A DNA stretch of 64,000 nucleotides, from positions 29,326,001-29,390,000 of the forward strand of contig OX597835.1 in the NCBI GenBank assembly GCA_951406725.2, read 5' to 3'. The DNA comes from Octopus vulgaris (lineage: Eukaryota). The notes beneath the pieces were generated by a model, which saw only the letters and a program-made list of their open reading frames with translations, was not told the origin of the DNA and ran no database searches. A program made the translations under genes and the position numbers. Shown here in pieces: positions 26,285 to 37,539 of the stretch. Each line of letters opens with the position of its first letter. Position 1 is the stretch's first letter.

Positions 26285-26648
26285 GACAACTGAAAGGGGG
26301 AATATTCTTTATGTTGCATGTCTCGTTTCTCATTTTCAACGTTTTTTTTTGTCCTCTACCCATATATGCATATATTTATATATTATTTATATATATATAT
26401 ATATATATAGCATGTGCTATCTAATTTACAGGTGCAAAGCTCCGAGTCATTAAATGTTATTGCTGCATTTTCTTTTAATTGATTGCGCATTCTACCGTTT
26501 AAACGACTATTCATCATCTACCCACGTACATAGAGAAAGGACGTTACCCTCTGAAAATCCTTTATATCTCAGAAAGGAAAAATCTTAATGAGGTTTTATA
26601 ACGGTTTTTGAAAAATAACGTATTAGAAAAATTAATGTTTTATATGTA

Positions 26649-26726
<78 letters not shown>

Positions 26727-26820
26727 ATCCAAACAAGAAAACACAAAAAACAACAACAACGCGAGGACGTGGAACAAATATAGTATTATTGGACGCTCAG
26801 GAAAGAGGGGAAGAAGGAGG

Positions 26821-26855
26821 GTTTAACGTTTCGAACGGAGCTCTTCGTCGGAAAC
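26821..26855 (-). ncRNA. Minimal hammerhead variant in a short Penelope-like terminal fragment
   Basis: Minus: gttt-CCGACGA-a-gagc-tcc-gttc-GAAAC-GTT-aaac. Confidence 0.65.
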
Positions 26856-26926
26856 ATAGGAGAAGGAAAGATCCCGAGAAAGGAAGACAGAGGAGAAAAA
26901 ATCGCCAACGGTACACACGAGGTCAC

Positions 26927-26993
<67 letters not shown>

Positions 26994-28085
26994 TATAAAT
27001 TCTCTTGTTTTCTTGACCTTCTATAAAACACATTCATGTAGATCCATGAGGATAAATATTCCAGATATGGCCATCACCATAATCTACTCGTTCATATTTG
27101 GTGCTCTAGTATGACAGCAGTCAACTGACTGAAATAAATAAAAGAATAAAAGTATATCACGCCTTTTTTTAATCAATAGTAGCATATTTAGGTTTATATT
27201 AAGTCATGCATAGTTTTCTTCTTTTAATTAAGAATCATCTCGAATGCTAAGCCTCGTAAAACTGGTTACTAGGCTTCCATGACACATAAGCGACTCGTAA
27301 GTGATAGATCCTAACCTCACTCCTGCCTAAACAGGATGTCAGCTCGTAGCAAGTTCACTTCCCGTTGAGAGGACTGAAGTGAAATCAAGTGCTTTGTTCA
27401 AGAGCAGAATGCTTCTTCCATTCTGGAAATCGAAACCTCGATCTTGCGGTCTTTTAAGGATGGTTGTATGTTTTAAGAGTTATCTGGGTGTTGTCTCAAA
27501 CAGGAAAGTTCGTGTCACCAATTGTAACAGTTATCGTCAAACTGCGGCCCGCGAGACTTTCCGAATGACACACCTAAAAAAATTACATTGAATGTTTTTA
27601 ATAGTGATGATGAGTTATGAGCCATGCGGCCCGCTTCCCGAAAGGCCTTGTCTACATCTGAATTAGAGCCTTCCTCGCTGTTTAGTAATTCTATTAACAA
27701 ATATGGCAGTAATCTTATTTTTTAAATTGTGAAATCTGTGCTATTGTTAATGGTAGCTAGCACTACATCCGTTTCAACGAGCCAACCTATGGATAAAGAC
27801 TTTCCCCTCCATGAAAGTATCTTTATTTCTTATTTGTAAGAAATACAGGAGCTCATTATCTAACGTGTCACTTTTCTGTACTAAAACAATGGTTGGCCTG
27901 TAATTTGGGAGAACTTCGTCCCTATTTCTAGCAAATTATGCGACCAACTAGAGGACGCATGCATATACAGATATTTTTCTGACATTACCACAATCACCAC
28001 AATCATCTTAACTTTTATTTCAGTTTATCCCTACGATGTGCTTCCATATAGATGTATTAGTATAACGCTCGGGAATTGAAAATGT

Positions 28086-28121
28086 CTTTTACGTTTCGAG
28101 CCTACGCTCTTCCACAGAAAG
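28086..28121 (-). ncRNA. Minimal hammerhead variant
   Basis: Minus: cttt-CTGTGGA-a-gagc-gtag-gctc-GAAAC-GTA-aaag. Core A>T change. Confidence 0.6.
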
Positions 28122-28560
28122 GAACACAGACAGAAACAAGGAGAGAAAAAAATGTGTGTATGGTTGCACCAGTTGATCCTGTCCCCTCTTATCACCCACG
28201 AACTTCTCCACTGGACTTTCTACCTTTCTACCCTTTACGGATTCTCTTTTGGACTTTTTACCCTCCGGCTGCACCTCTCCTACCTATGGATTACTCTGGA
28301 CTCTACCTTTTCTTCTATATAGTTCCCTCTTACCAAATTTTGCTCGCCTGGATTTGTTCAGCCCGAAGCTACGATGGAAAACATTTAGCAAAGGTGTTGT
28401 ACAGTGGGATCGACTTTAAGAAAAAGAGAAGAAATCTATAATGAGCGAATTGTACTTCATAACCAAAGGGCCATATTTGCGGCTTTCAATCCATACGAAT
28501 GCTATATTTTAACTTCTATCAAAATAAAAACTATTACATATTCTAGAGGGTTTGTTTTTC

Positions 28561-28600
<40 letters not shown>

Positions 28601-29365
28601 AGGCTCACATCCTCACATACACACAGACACACAGACATACATGCACACGCACACAAAAAGAAACGCATGTATATGATGGCGATGGAGGCAGTATTGACGT
28701 GGTGATGATGATGGTGGTAGTGGTGGTAGTGGTGGTGGTGGTGGTGGTGGTGGGTGATAGTAGTTGTGAAGATGGTGGTTGACAGAATGAGTGGGAGGGG
28801 TGTAGTTGTTTCTGTCTGTGATGGAGATAGTTTAGAATGTGGATATGATGAGGTTAGTGGTAGTGGTGATGTTGATAGTGGCAGAGGTGGTGGTGGCGGC
28901 GGAAGTGGAGGCGGCGGAAGTGGCGGCGGCGGCGCTGTTTATTTTCATTTAAACAATGAACTACATTCTGGGAAATGCCCGGCCTTAACAAGACCGTTCA
29001 TTATAATTTGAAGATATAGCTGCTATTTCTAATCGTCATAGGCTCCTCTACAAACTCGACTGCTTGTTTTCGTGTTATTGTTGGCTATTTGTTTATTTGT
29101 TTGTTTGCTTGTTTGTTTGTTGAATTTTTATTGGCAACTTTTTATTAAGGTTTGTCTATTTTGGGTTTAGTTGGTTGGTAGTTAGACATAGTTTCTGAGG
29201 GAGCTGCTTGGCAGATTTAACACGTAATGATACGACGTGATCAGATAGGACGTCACCTCTATATAACGATATGAACCATGCTGGATTTCCTTGATTGCAA
29301 GAACATCTCTATCTCTCTATCTATCTTAGCTAACTATTTTTTGTCTATCTATCTATCTATCTATC

Positions 29366-29586
29366 TATGCGGGGGAGCCGAAAAGTTCTTGATTTTGGGT
29401 AAAAGAAAATACTGGAGGATCAGTTAATTATGATTTTATTCAACATGTTCCCCTCTCAGATACAAACACTCATTGCAGCAGTCTTTCAGTTTTTCAAAGC
29501 CCTGTAAAAGAATTCAGAAGTTTTGTCCTCCAGCAAAGCCTTTCCCGATACCCTTAAAACCAGAAACTTTTCAGTACCCTCTCGTA
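29366..29586 (-). mobile_element. ~220-bp mariner-derived MITE
   Basis: TA-flanked imperfect TIRs; reverse-orientation homologue at 31711-31921. Confidence 0.75.
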
Positions 29587-29608
29587 TCTATCTATCTATC
29601 TATCTATA

Positions 29609-29739
<131 letters not shown>

Positions 29740-30002
29740 CCTTCACCTTCGAAACGCAGAGTAGATGAAACCATGGCGACTAAAGAAGGGGGATTTTCCT
29801 TGTGTTATTTGTCCTGTACTCTATTTTTTCGTTGTTTAAGAAAAATGTCCAGTTCCTTGGTTTTGTGTTTATGTTTTCGTTTATCATTGTGTTCGGCGTT
29901 TTTTTTTTTTTGGTGTACTGTACCCATATATGCACGTATATATACATGTAGAGGTAGGTACGTACATATATGTATGTATATATGCATATGTTTTATTTAT
30001 TC

Positions 30003-30040
<38 letters not shown>

Positions 30041-30091
30041 TTTGGTTTTTGTATGTTTTATCTGTCTGTTTATCACTTTATCTATGTAGCT

Positions 30092-30725
30092 AACCTATGG
30101 ACAATCACCAAAGATCCCTGGCAGTGCTATCGAGAAGCATTACCTGTTCGGGATAAGCTCTACAGGCACGGTTCGAGATGCACAAGACTGATATGCACGA
30201 GATGCGGTCTGAGCGACGAAACCATTCTGCACGCACTCGTACAGTCTCCAACCATTTTGGTCCTGTGAGTTTATCCCGAACGGCTGCTGTCACGTGTGGG
30301 ACGAGTCCGCCTGTCGGCCGAGTCTATTGCGGCAATTTCTCCGCCACCTCTCAACCGGGAAGGCAAGGCAATCTTCATCGTACTGGTGGCCATGGTGAAA
30401 GAATGCGTGTGGTTGACTCGAGAGAAAGGATTAGAGACAAACACTTACCTCTTTGGCCAATCGCTCATCAACTTTTTCAAGTACAACTTGAAAGAGGTGA
30501 GAATGGAGAGGCAGGTTTGTTACGTGAAGGTTTCAAAACAGGTGGGTGAATGTAGCAAAAATGGTGCGGGCGAGTGACGAAACCACTTTGAGCATGATCC
30601 TGTAAATCGAAAAGAGAGAGAGAGAGAGAGCTCTTTGCTCTTATGTGTTTATTCCCTCCCTGCCTGAGTTTACCGTGGTCCTTTCCGTAGGCATTCCTTT
30701 CCACGGATTAACCTAATCTTGCTTC
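30092..30725 (+). mobile_element. 5'-truncated Tx1-type LINE (ORF2 C-terminus + part of 3' UTR)
   Basis: WQCYREALPVRDKLYRHGS...CTRCGLSDETILHALVQ and RLSAESI...KECVW...SLINFFKY align with the end of ORF2 at 57865-58390. Confidence 0.9.
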
Positions 30726-30734
30726 TTACAAGGG

Positions 30735-30933
30735 GGGGGGTCTGTGTTTGTCCCCCCAACATCGCTTGACAACCGATGCTGGTGTGTTTACGTCCCCGGT
30801 TCGGCAAAAGAGACCGATAGAATAAGTACTGGGCTTACAAAGAATAAGTCCCGGGGTCGATTTGATCGACTAAAGGCGGTGCTCCAGCATGGCCGCAGTC
30901 AAATGATTGAAACAAGTAAATGAGTAAAAGAGT
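30735..30933 (+). mobile_element. SINE family A, 3' half
   Basis: ctgtgtttgtccccccaacatcgcttgac...aaacaagtaaatgagtaaaagag. Confidence 0.85.
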
Positions 30934-30977
30934 ATATGTGTGTGTGAGTGCGTGTGTGTGTATGTATGCACACGCAC

Positions 30978-31015
<38 letters not shown>

Positions 31016-31710
31016 TTGTGTGTATGTGTGTGTGTGTGTGTGTATACATATATATATATATATATATATGGATGAAACTATCTTGATCCATACATACAAC
31101 TCCAAATAAATGTGTTGAATGTGTTGAGTGCCTTTCTTTCGTTTGTCTACTCACTCGTCCATGCACACACACGCACGCACACACATGCACGCACACACAC
31201 ACACGCACAAAAGATATATATACATAAATACATATATATATGTATATATACATGCATGTATATATCTACATATATATATATGTGTGTGTATATCTATGTG
31301 AGTGTATATACGCACATACATACAAACACATATACATAGATACATACATGCATATATATACATACATATATATATATATTTATGCAAAGCGTCAAGAACA
31401 CAGGAGATTGGAATGTATTAGACACCCACGCGGTTTGTGTCTCAGGGATACACTTTTCACAAGAGAACGCCAGTTGCTATAAAAATAATGCTAAGTGTAT
31501 CGACATTTTCAACATAAAAATATATAGCACATTTAAGGCCAAGAATAATCTCACGTCACAAAATATATGTAACAAATATTTATTGACCACCAAAAAGCGT
31601 TTCTGAATAGCTCCAAATCATATAAGAATTGATAAAATAATAAGATTTGCCTCCAGTGGAATCTATTAGCGAATGACCAGTAACTGACCAGTTGTAGGCA
31701 GGTGTTGCTC

Positions 31711-31921
31711 TACGAAGGAGTGCTGAGGAGTTCCTGGCTTTAAGGGTGTCACGAGAGGCTTGGCTGGAAAACCAAAGTTCTTTTACAGGGTTTAGAAAAG
31801 TGAAAGACCATTGCAAAAATGGTGAATTTGAGAGGGGAATATGTTGAATAAAATTATAATTAACCGATCCTCCTGTATTGTCTTTTACCTAAAGCCAGAA
31901 AAATTTCGGCATCCCTACATA
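31711..31921 (+). mobile_element. ~210-bp mariner-derived MITE
   Basis: tacgaaggagtgctgaggagttcctggcttta / taaagccagaaaaatttcggcatccctacata. Retains a transposase 3' end remnant (gagaggggaatatgttgaataa). Confidence 0.75.
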
Positions 31922-32559
31922 TACACACAAAGACGGCAGAGGAGAAGGAACCTCTTATTGCGTATATGTGTATGTGCGTGTTTGTGTGTGTGTGTTAGTG
32001 TGTGTGTGTGTGCGTGTGTGTTAGTGTGTGTGTGTGTGTGTTTGCCCGTATTATATCAATATGTACATCAATGAAGGCACAACATGGGCGAAAATTCGTT
32101 TTTTGTGATGTTGATGCATCTGGGATGTCACATAGCGAATTATCCAGCACATCAAGAATCTCCACGCCCGAATGTAATTTCTTATTGGGCGGGGTTAGAT
32201 TCTGCCAGTAACTCAACTGTTGCATTGAGGCTATTTCCTTTGCGTAGCAAAGTTGGGGTCTTACTATTTGCCAGCATTAATCAAGACAGCTGAGGACCAA
32301 TGCTCGTCATAGAAACAACATAGTTTCTTGCTGTCTCTTTCGTAATGGTATCAGAATCTATCTCACTCGCTTTCTGTACATCTTTGCCATCTTAGTAATG
32401 TTAACTTCAAATGTTGCTGCATTACTAAAGGGTCCTCCCTTGTCACACGCTCAATGTAATCCTCCCGGCCCTCATTCTGATGTCTGTGAACCGAAATAGA
32501 AGTTTTTGGAATTTTTCAGCATTAAATTATATGTTGTTATATTTGGGGTCCCTTTTCTT

Positions 32560-33730
32560 TTAGTCTTTCACTTATTTCAGTCATTTGACTGCGGCCATGC
32601 TGGGGCACCAGATTGAAGGACTTTAGTCGAACAAATTGACCGCGGGACTTTTTTTTAAACCCCAGTACTTATTCTACCGGTCCATTTTGCTGAACTACTA
32701 AGATATGGGGACATAAACACACCAACATCGGTTGTCAAGTGGTGACATGGGGACAAACACAGGCACAAAACACACCCACATAGGTCTACATACACATACA
32801 CACACAAACGCACACACGCACATACACACACACATACATATATAAATCAAAGGTAGGACAAAGAGAACCTGACGAGAGGAATTGAACAAAACACAACATG
32901 CGGAGAAATAGACGGTAACATAACAAATGACAAACAGGACAGAAACAAGATACACGAACTTTTCACAGCAGGTTTCCTCATCAGTCGGTTATTGGAAAGT
33001 CATTATAATTTCACACCTCCTATACGACGGACTTCTTCCAGTTTCCGTCTGCCAAATCCATTACCATGGTTTTGGCCGGCCCGAGGCTATTGTAGAAGAC
33101 ACTCGCCCAAGATGCAACGCAGTGGGACTAAATCTAGAACCATGATGTTGGGAAGCAAGCTTCTTATTTCTTTACTGCCGACAAGGGGCTACACACAAAG
33201 GGGACAAGCAAGGACAGACCTCGGCGGAATTTGAACTTAGAACGTAACGGCAGATGAAATACCGCTAAGCATTTCGCCCGGCGTGCTAACGTTTCTTATT
33301 TCTCTATTGCCCACAAGGGGCTAAACATAGTGGAGACAAACAAGGACAGATAAAGGGATTAAGTCGATTATATCGACCCCAGTGCGTAACTGGTACTTAA
33401 TTTATCGACCCCGAAAGGATGAAAAGCAAAGTCGACCTCGGCAGAATTTGAACTCAGGACGTAGCGGCAGACGAAATAACTATTTCTTTACTACCCACGA
33501 GGGGCTAAACACAGAGAGGAGAAACAAGGACAGACAAACGGATTAAGTCGATTATATCGACCCAGTGCGTAACTGGTACTTATTTAATCGATCTCGAAAG
33601 GATGAAAGGCAAAGTCGACCTCGGCGGAATTTGAACTCAGAACGTAGCGGCAGACAAAATACCGCTAAGCATTTCGCCTGGCGTGCTACCGTTTCTGCCA
33701 GCTCGCCTTCTTACCACACAATCACGCCTG
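32560..33730 (-). mobile_element. SINE family A host copy with nested insertions
   Basis: Tail 32560-32770, body 33020-33166, head remnant 33707-33730. Confidence 0.8.
33167..33706 (-). mobile_element. Tandem trimer of SINE family B (tail type 2)
   Basis: Units at 33167-33294, 33295-33480 and 33481-33706, bracketed by cttctta at 33160-33166 and 33707-33713. Confidence 0.85.
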
Positions 33731-34237
33731 GTCATTCTTTTTTTCCAAATAACCACACGCACTTCAGCTTTCATTATTATTCTCATTGTAGTGACCATTG
33801 TCTGGAAATCTTTCGTCACACATCCTGTGACCTCTTCAGCTGAAGTGTGGTTATTTGGCAACAACAACAACAGCAGTAAAACTACCATCCCAAAATATAA
33901 CAATATCTGTTTCACCATGCAATTTCAGATCAAGATTCTTGCAAAACAAATAACATATACGTAAAAACTTGTAGTGTGCATTTAGCTCTTATCGTAGGTT
34001 CGCAATATGACAGCTAGGGAGAATGACTGCCTGTAGGACTCAGGTATATCTGATACACCCTCTACCAACGCCAATAGACCCAAGAAGTTCCCTGGTGTCT
34101 CCTTTCAGTGAATCCCGTTGGCTTGCAGTCGTTTTGTTCTGCCTCTCAAAATGTCAAGAAAACAAATCTTCTACTTTACTTACATTATTTACATCATTTA
34201 CATTTGACGGATATTTGTCCTGATCTTGTTTGTTGTT

Positions 34238-34283
34238 AACACAACGTTTCGGCTGATATACCCTCCAGCCTTCATCAGGTGTC
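34238..34283 (-). ncRNA. Minimal type I hammerhead ribozyme, intact core
   Basis: Minus: gacac-CTGATGA-a-ggctg(gagggtatat)cagcc-GAAAC-GTT-gtgtt. Confidence 0.85.
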
Positions 34284-34334
34284 ATGGGGAAACTTCGAAC
34301 TTGGGTTCTCATTCCTAAGGTATTTTTCGATGTT

Positions 34335-34495
<161 letters not shown>

Positions 34496-34578
34496 CATTA
34501 TTATTATTATTAATAATATTAATATTATTATTATTATTATTGTTATTATTATTATCATCATCATCATCATCATCATCA

Positions 34579-34627
<49 letters not shown>

Positions 34628-34671
34628 CATTATTATTATTATTCAGGTCACTGCCTGCAATTGAACTCGGA

Positions 34672-34739
34672 CATATGGCGTAGTAGTTAAGAGCGCGGTC
34701 TACTAACCCCAAGATTCCGAGTTCGATTCCAGGCATTGA

Positions 34740-34745
<6 letters not shown>
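34672..34745 (+). promoter_or_regulatory. tRNA-derived internal Pol III promoter (family D head)
   Basis: A box TGGCGTAGTAG (TGGCGTAGTGG in copy 1) and B box GAGTTCGATTCC at tRNA-like spacing. No proper acceptor stem. Confidence 0.75.
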
Positions 34746-34826
<81 letters not shown>

Positions 34827-34874
34827 CAACTAAAATACCTTAGGAATGAGAACCCAGGTTCGAAAGTTCTCCAA

Positions 34875-34920
34875 GACACCTGATGAAGGCTGGAGGGTAT
34901 ATCAGCCGAAACGTTGTGTT
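34875..34920 (+). ncRNA. Minimal type I hammerhead ribozyme, intact core
   Basis: gacac-CTGATGA-a-ggctg(gagggtatat)cagcc-GAAAC-GTT-gtgtt. Predicted cleavage after 34915. Confidence 0.85.
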
Positions 34921-35601
34921 GACAACAAACAAAACGACAAATAGATGTCAAATGTAAATAATGTAAATAGTGTGCTTAATTCCACATCTCTTAAATATAG
35001 AACTCTTCTACTTTTCCAATGAAATTTCACAGTTTGTGACACGTCATTCTATGATGAACCTTATCAAACGCCGTCGAAAATTCGAGATATCCCACGTTCA
35101 AGTGGGAATGGTTGAATAGCTGTTTTAAATTCTAGTCGTAATGTTGCAGAATCTGTGTGAGACAGTTCTTATACAGGCAGGTACCATGTTGTATGTCAGT
35201 TTGAAAGTAATTTTCTTCTATAAACGTGATTAATTAATCTCTGATAATTCGTTACATGATTTTGCTGATACGCGATATCAGAGAGATAAGCCTGTAGTTT
35301 GGTGCCATCTACTCAGGTTATGAATAGACCATGCCATACGTCCCTTCAACTTCTTGGTGAAGCTTTCAATTGCCAGAAGACTTCTTCTTCTTCCGGGTGT
35401 TTATTCTACTCGTCTCCTTTACCAAATGGGTAATATAAGGGGACGTAAATAAACCAACACTGGTTGTCAAGCCGTGGTAATGGGGAAACGCGAGCACAAA
35501 GACACACATGCACACATATATACATGCATACACACATGCACGCACGCACACACGCGCGCACGCACACACACATGCACATACACACACACACACACACACA
35601 A

Positions 35602-36135
35602 TAAACAAAGTTAAATGCGATACAATAAAATTAATTATAATCGCCGGTGTACCAGTACACGCCATATATTATTCATATATCATTACATTCAAGGCGAAGA
35701 GTGCACTAGATACACAAAAGCTGGATAAATTTAGTGAGATGAAAATTAAAAACTTTTACAAACTTAGCTTTTCTTATACTGCAGTTTCGCCAAATTCAGT
35801 AATAAAAATAATATTTATTTACTCAGGCTGGCTCTTCAGTAAGATTCCTGTTAATTATGGGAAGACCATATTAATAGACCCATGTGCGTCTATTGAAATG
35901 CTCTTTCTAAACTATTCAAAACACTGCGCAGACTCAGAACAAACCCGACAAAATAGGGGATTGTGGTATATCGTCTAACGGTCAAAAATTTATCGAGAGA
36001 ATATGTAAACAAAGTTAAATGCGATACAATAAAATTAATTATAATCGCCGGTGTACCAGTACACGCCATATATTATTCATATATCATTACATTCAAGGCG
36101 AAGAGTGCACTAGATACACAAAAGCTGGATAAATT
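35602..36135 (-). mobile_element. Retrozyme-like / Penelope pLTR-like element: 404-bp unit plus 130-bp direct repeat
   Basis: 35602-35731 is identical by eye to 36006-36135. A hammerhead lies in the intervening segment. Confidence 0.8.
35772..35844 (-). ncRNA. Type I hammerhead ribozyme, canonical core
   Basis: Minus: tctta-CTGAAGA-gccag...ttggc-GAAAC-tgca-GTA-taaga. Stem I 5 bp; stem III is the palindrome ACTGCAGT. Confidence 0.88.
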
Positions 36136-36564
36136 AAAGCTTCTGCAGCAGAATTTCCTCACAAGACACTGGTCGCTTGTGGCCATAGCAGAAGACACTT
36201 TTCCAAGCTGACATGCAATGGAACTGAACCCGAAACTAGTTGTGGCTGCAAAACGAATTTCTTAACCACACAGCCATGCCTGTGACTATAGTCTAGAAAT
36301 ATATTTAGATTAGCTTAAAGCCTATGTTCCTGTTTTTTTTCTTTTTTAATTACAGGGAAACGATGAGGACCTTGCGCTCATATTGTATTTTGCTCTTTTT
36401 ACGCCAAGATGTTAGTTATCGCTCCCTGTGTGAAGCTGTGAAGTGAAAGAACTCGTCTGGGTTATCTTTTTGTGCTTCAGCAAGGTGTGGTTAACAGTAT
36501 TTCCTTTACAATTTTTCGATCAGCAGTTAATGAATTATTCTCCTTTTTGTTAAAATTTCTACGG

Positions 36565-36985
36565 TTAGGCACAAAGCTCGAAATTATGGGGGAAGGAGCC
36601 TGTTGATTAAATCGATACCCAGTACTCAACTGGTACTTAATTTATCGACCCCGAAAGGATGAAAGGTGAAGTCAACCTCGGCGGAATTTGAACTTAGAAC
36701 GTAGCGGCAGACGAAATACCGCTAAGCATTTCGCCCGGCGTGCTAACGTTTTTTATTTCTTTATTGCCCACAAAGGGCTAAACACAGAGGGGACAAACAA
36801 GAACAGACAGACGGATTAAGTCGATTATATCGACCCCAGTGCGTAACTGGTATTTATTTAATCGACCCCGAAAGGATGAAAGGCAAAGTCGACCTTGGCA
36901 GAATTTGAACTCAGAACGTAACGGCAGACGAAATACCGCTAAGCATTTCGCTTGGCGTGCTAACGTTTCTGCCAGTTCGCTGCCT
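36565..36985 (-). mobile_element. Dimer of SINE family B (tail-2 copy upstream of a tail-1 copy)
   Basis: Junction at gctaacgttt (~36750), the same position as the junction at 33294. Confidence 0.85.
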
Positions 36986-37363
36986 TATTCTCCTTGGAAT
37001 AATGGCGCTATTTTAGGTGACGAAAAAAACTCAGGTTTCGATTTCAGATCTCTCCTTTCCACGAAGATATTTTATGTTGCTTAATGTTTCTAGGAGTGTC
37101 CGACCTTTACAAGTAAGATTTTTTTGCCGGTTTTCGGTTACGAATAGAAGTCAATTGAATCTTTAGTTATACATCTCGTAGGAATTTTTCTTTGTGTAGG
37201 AGTTATATTTTCATGTTTTCTAGGATTTCTTTCGCGGAAAAAAAATAATGCGTTAGGTTTAAATCATTGACAATAATGTATATCGTTTGAATTATTTCTT
37301 CAGCTTTAAGTTATTGTCTTACATGACAAAACTTTGTTTAAAGATTTGTTTCTGAATCGGAAT

Positions 37364-37437
<74 letters not shown>

Positions 37438-37539
37438 CATGTATGTGCGTATGTATGTATATATGTATATCTATCTATCTATCCATATATATATGAGGAA
37501 ATATATGTCATTTGGAGATAGAAGTCCCCATGCAATTCA

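Larger units (their letters stand above)
35385..36290 (-). mobile_element. SINE family A, degenerate, interrupted by 35602-36135
   Basis: 3' part 35385-35600, 5' part 36136-36290. Confidence 0.7.

Noticed and set aside
32100-32490. Possible old LINE RT C-terminal relic (VRPQLCY-like, minus strand)
   Set aside because: Too degenerate to support by eye.
33167-33706. CRISPR-like repeat array
   Set aside because: Eukaryotic SINE multimer; no unique spacers and no cas genes.
35602-36135. TRIM / LTR mini-retrotransposon
   Set aside because: The direct repeats lack TG..CA ends, PBS, PPT and TSD; the hammerhead fits a retrozyme/PLE model better.
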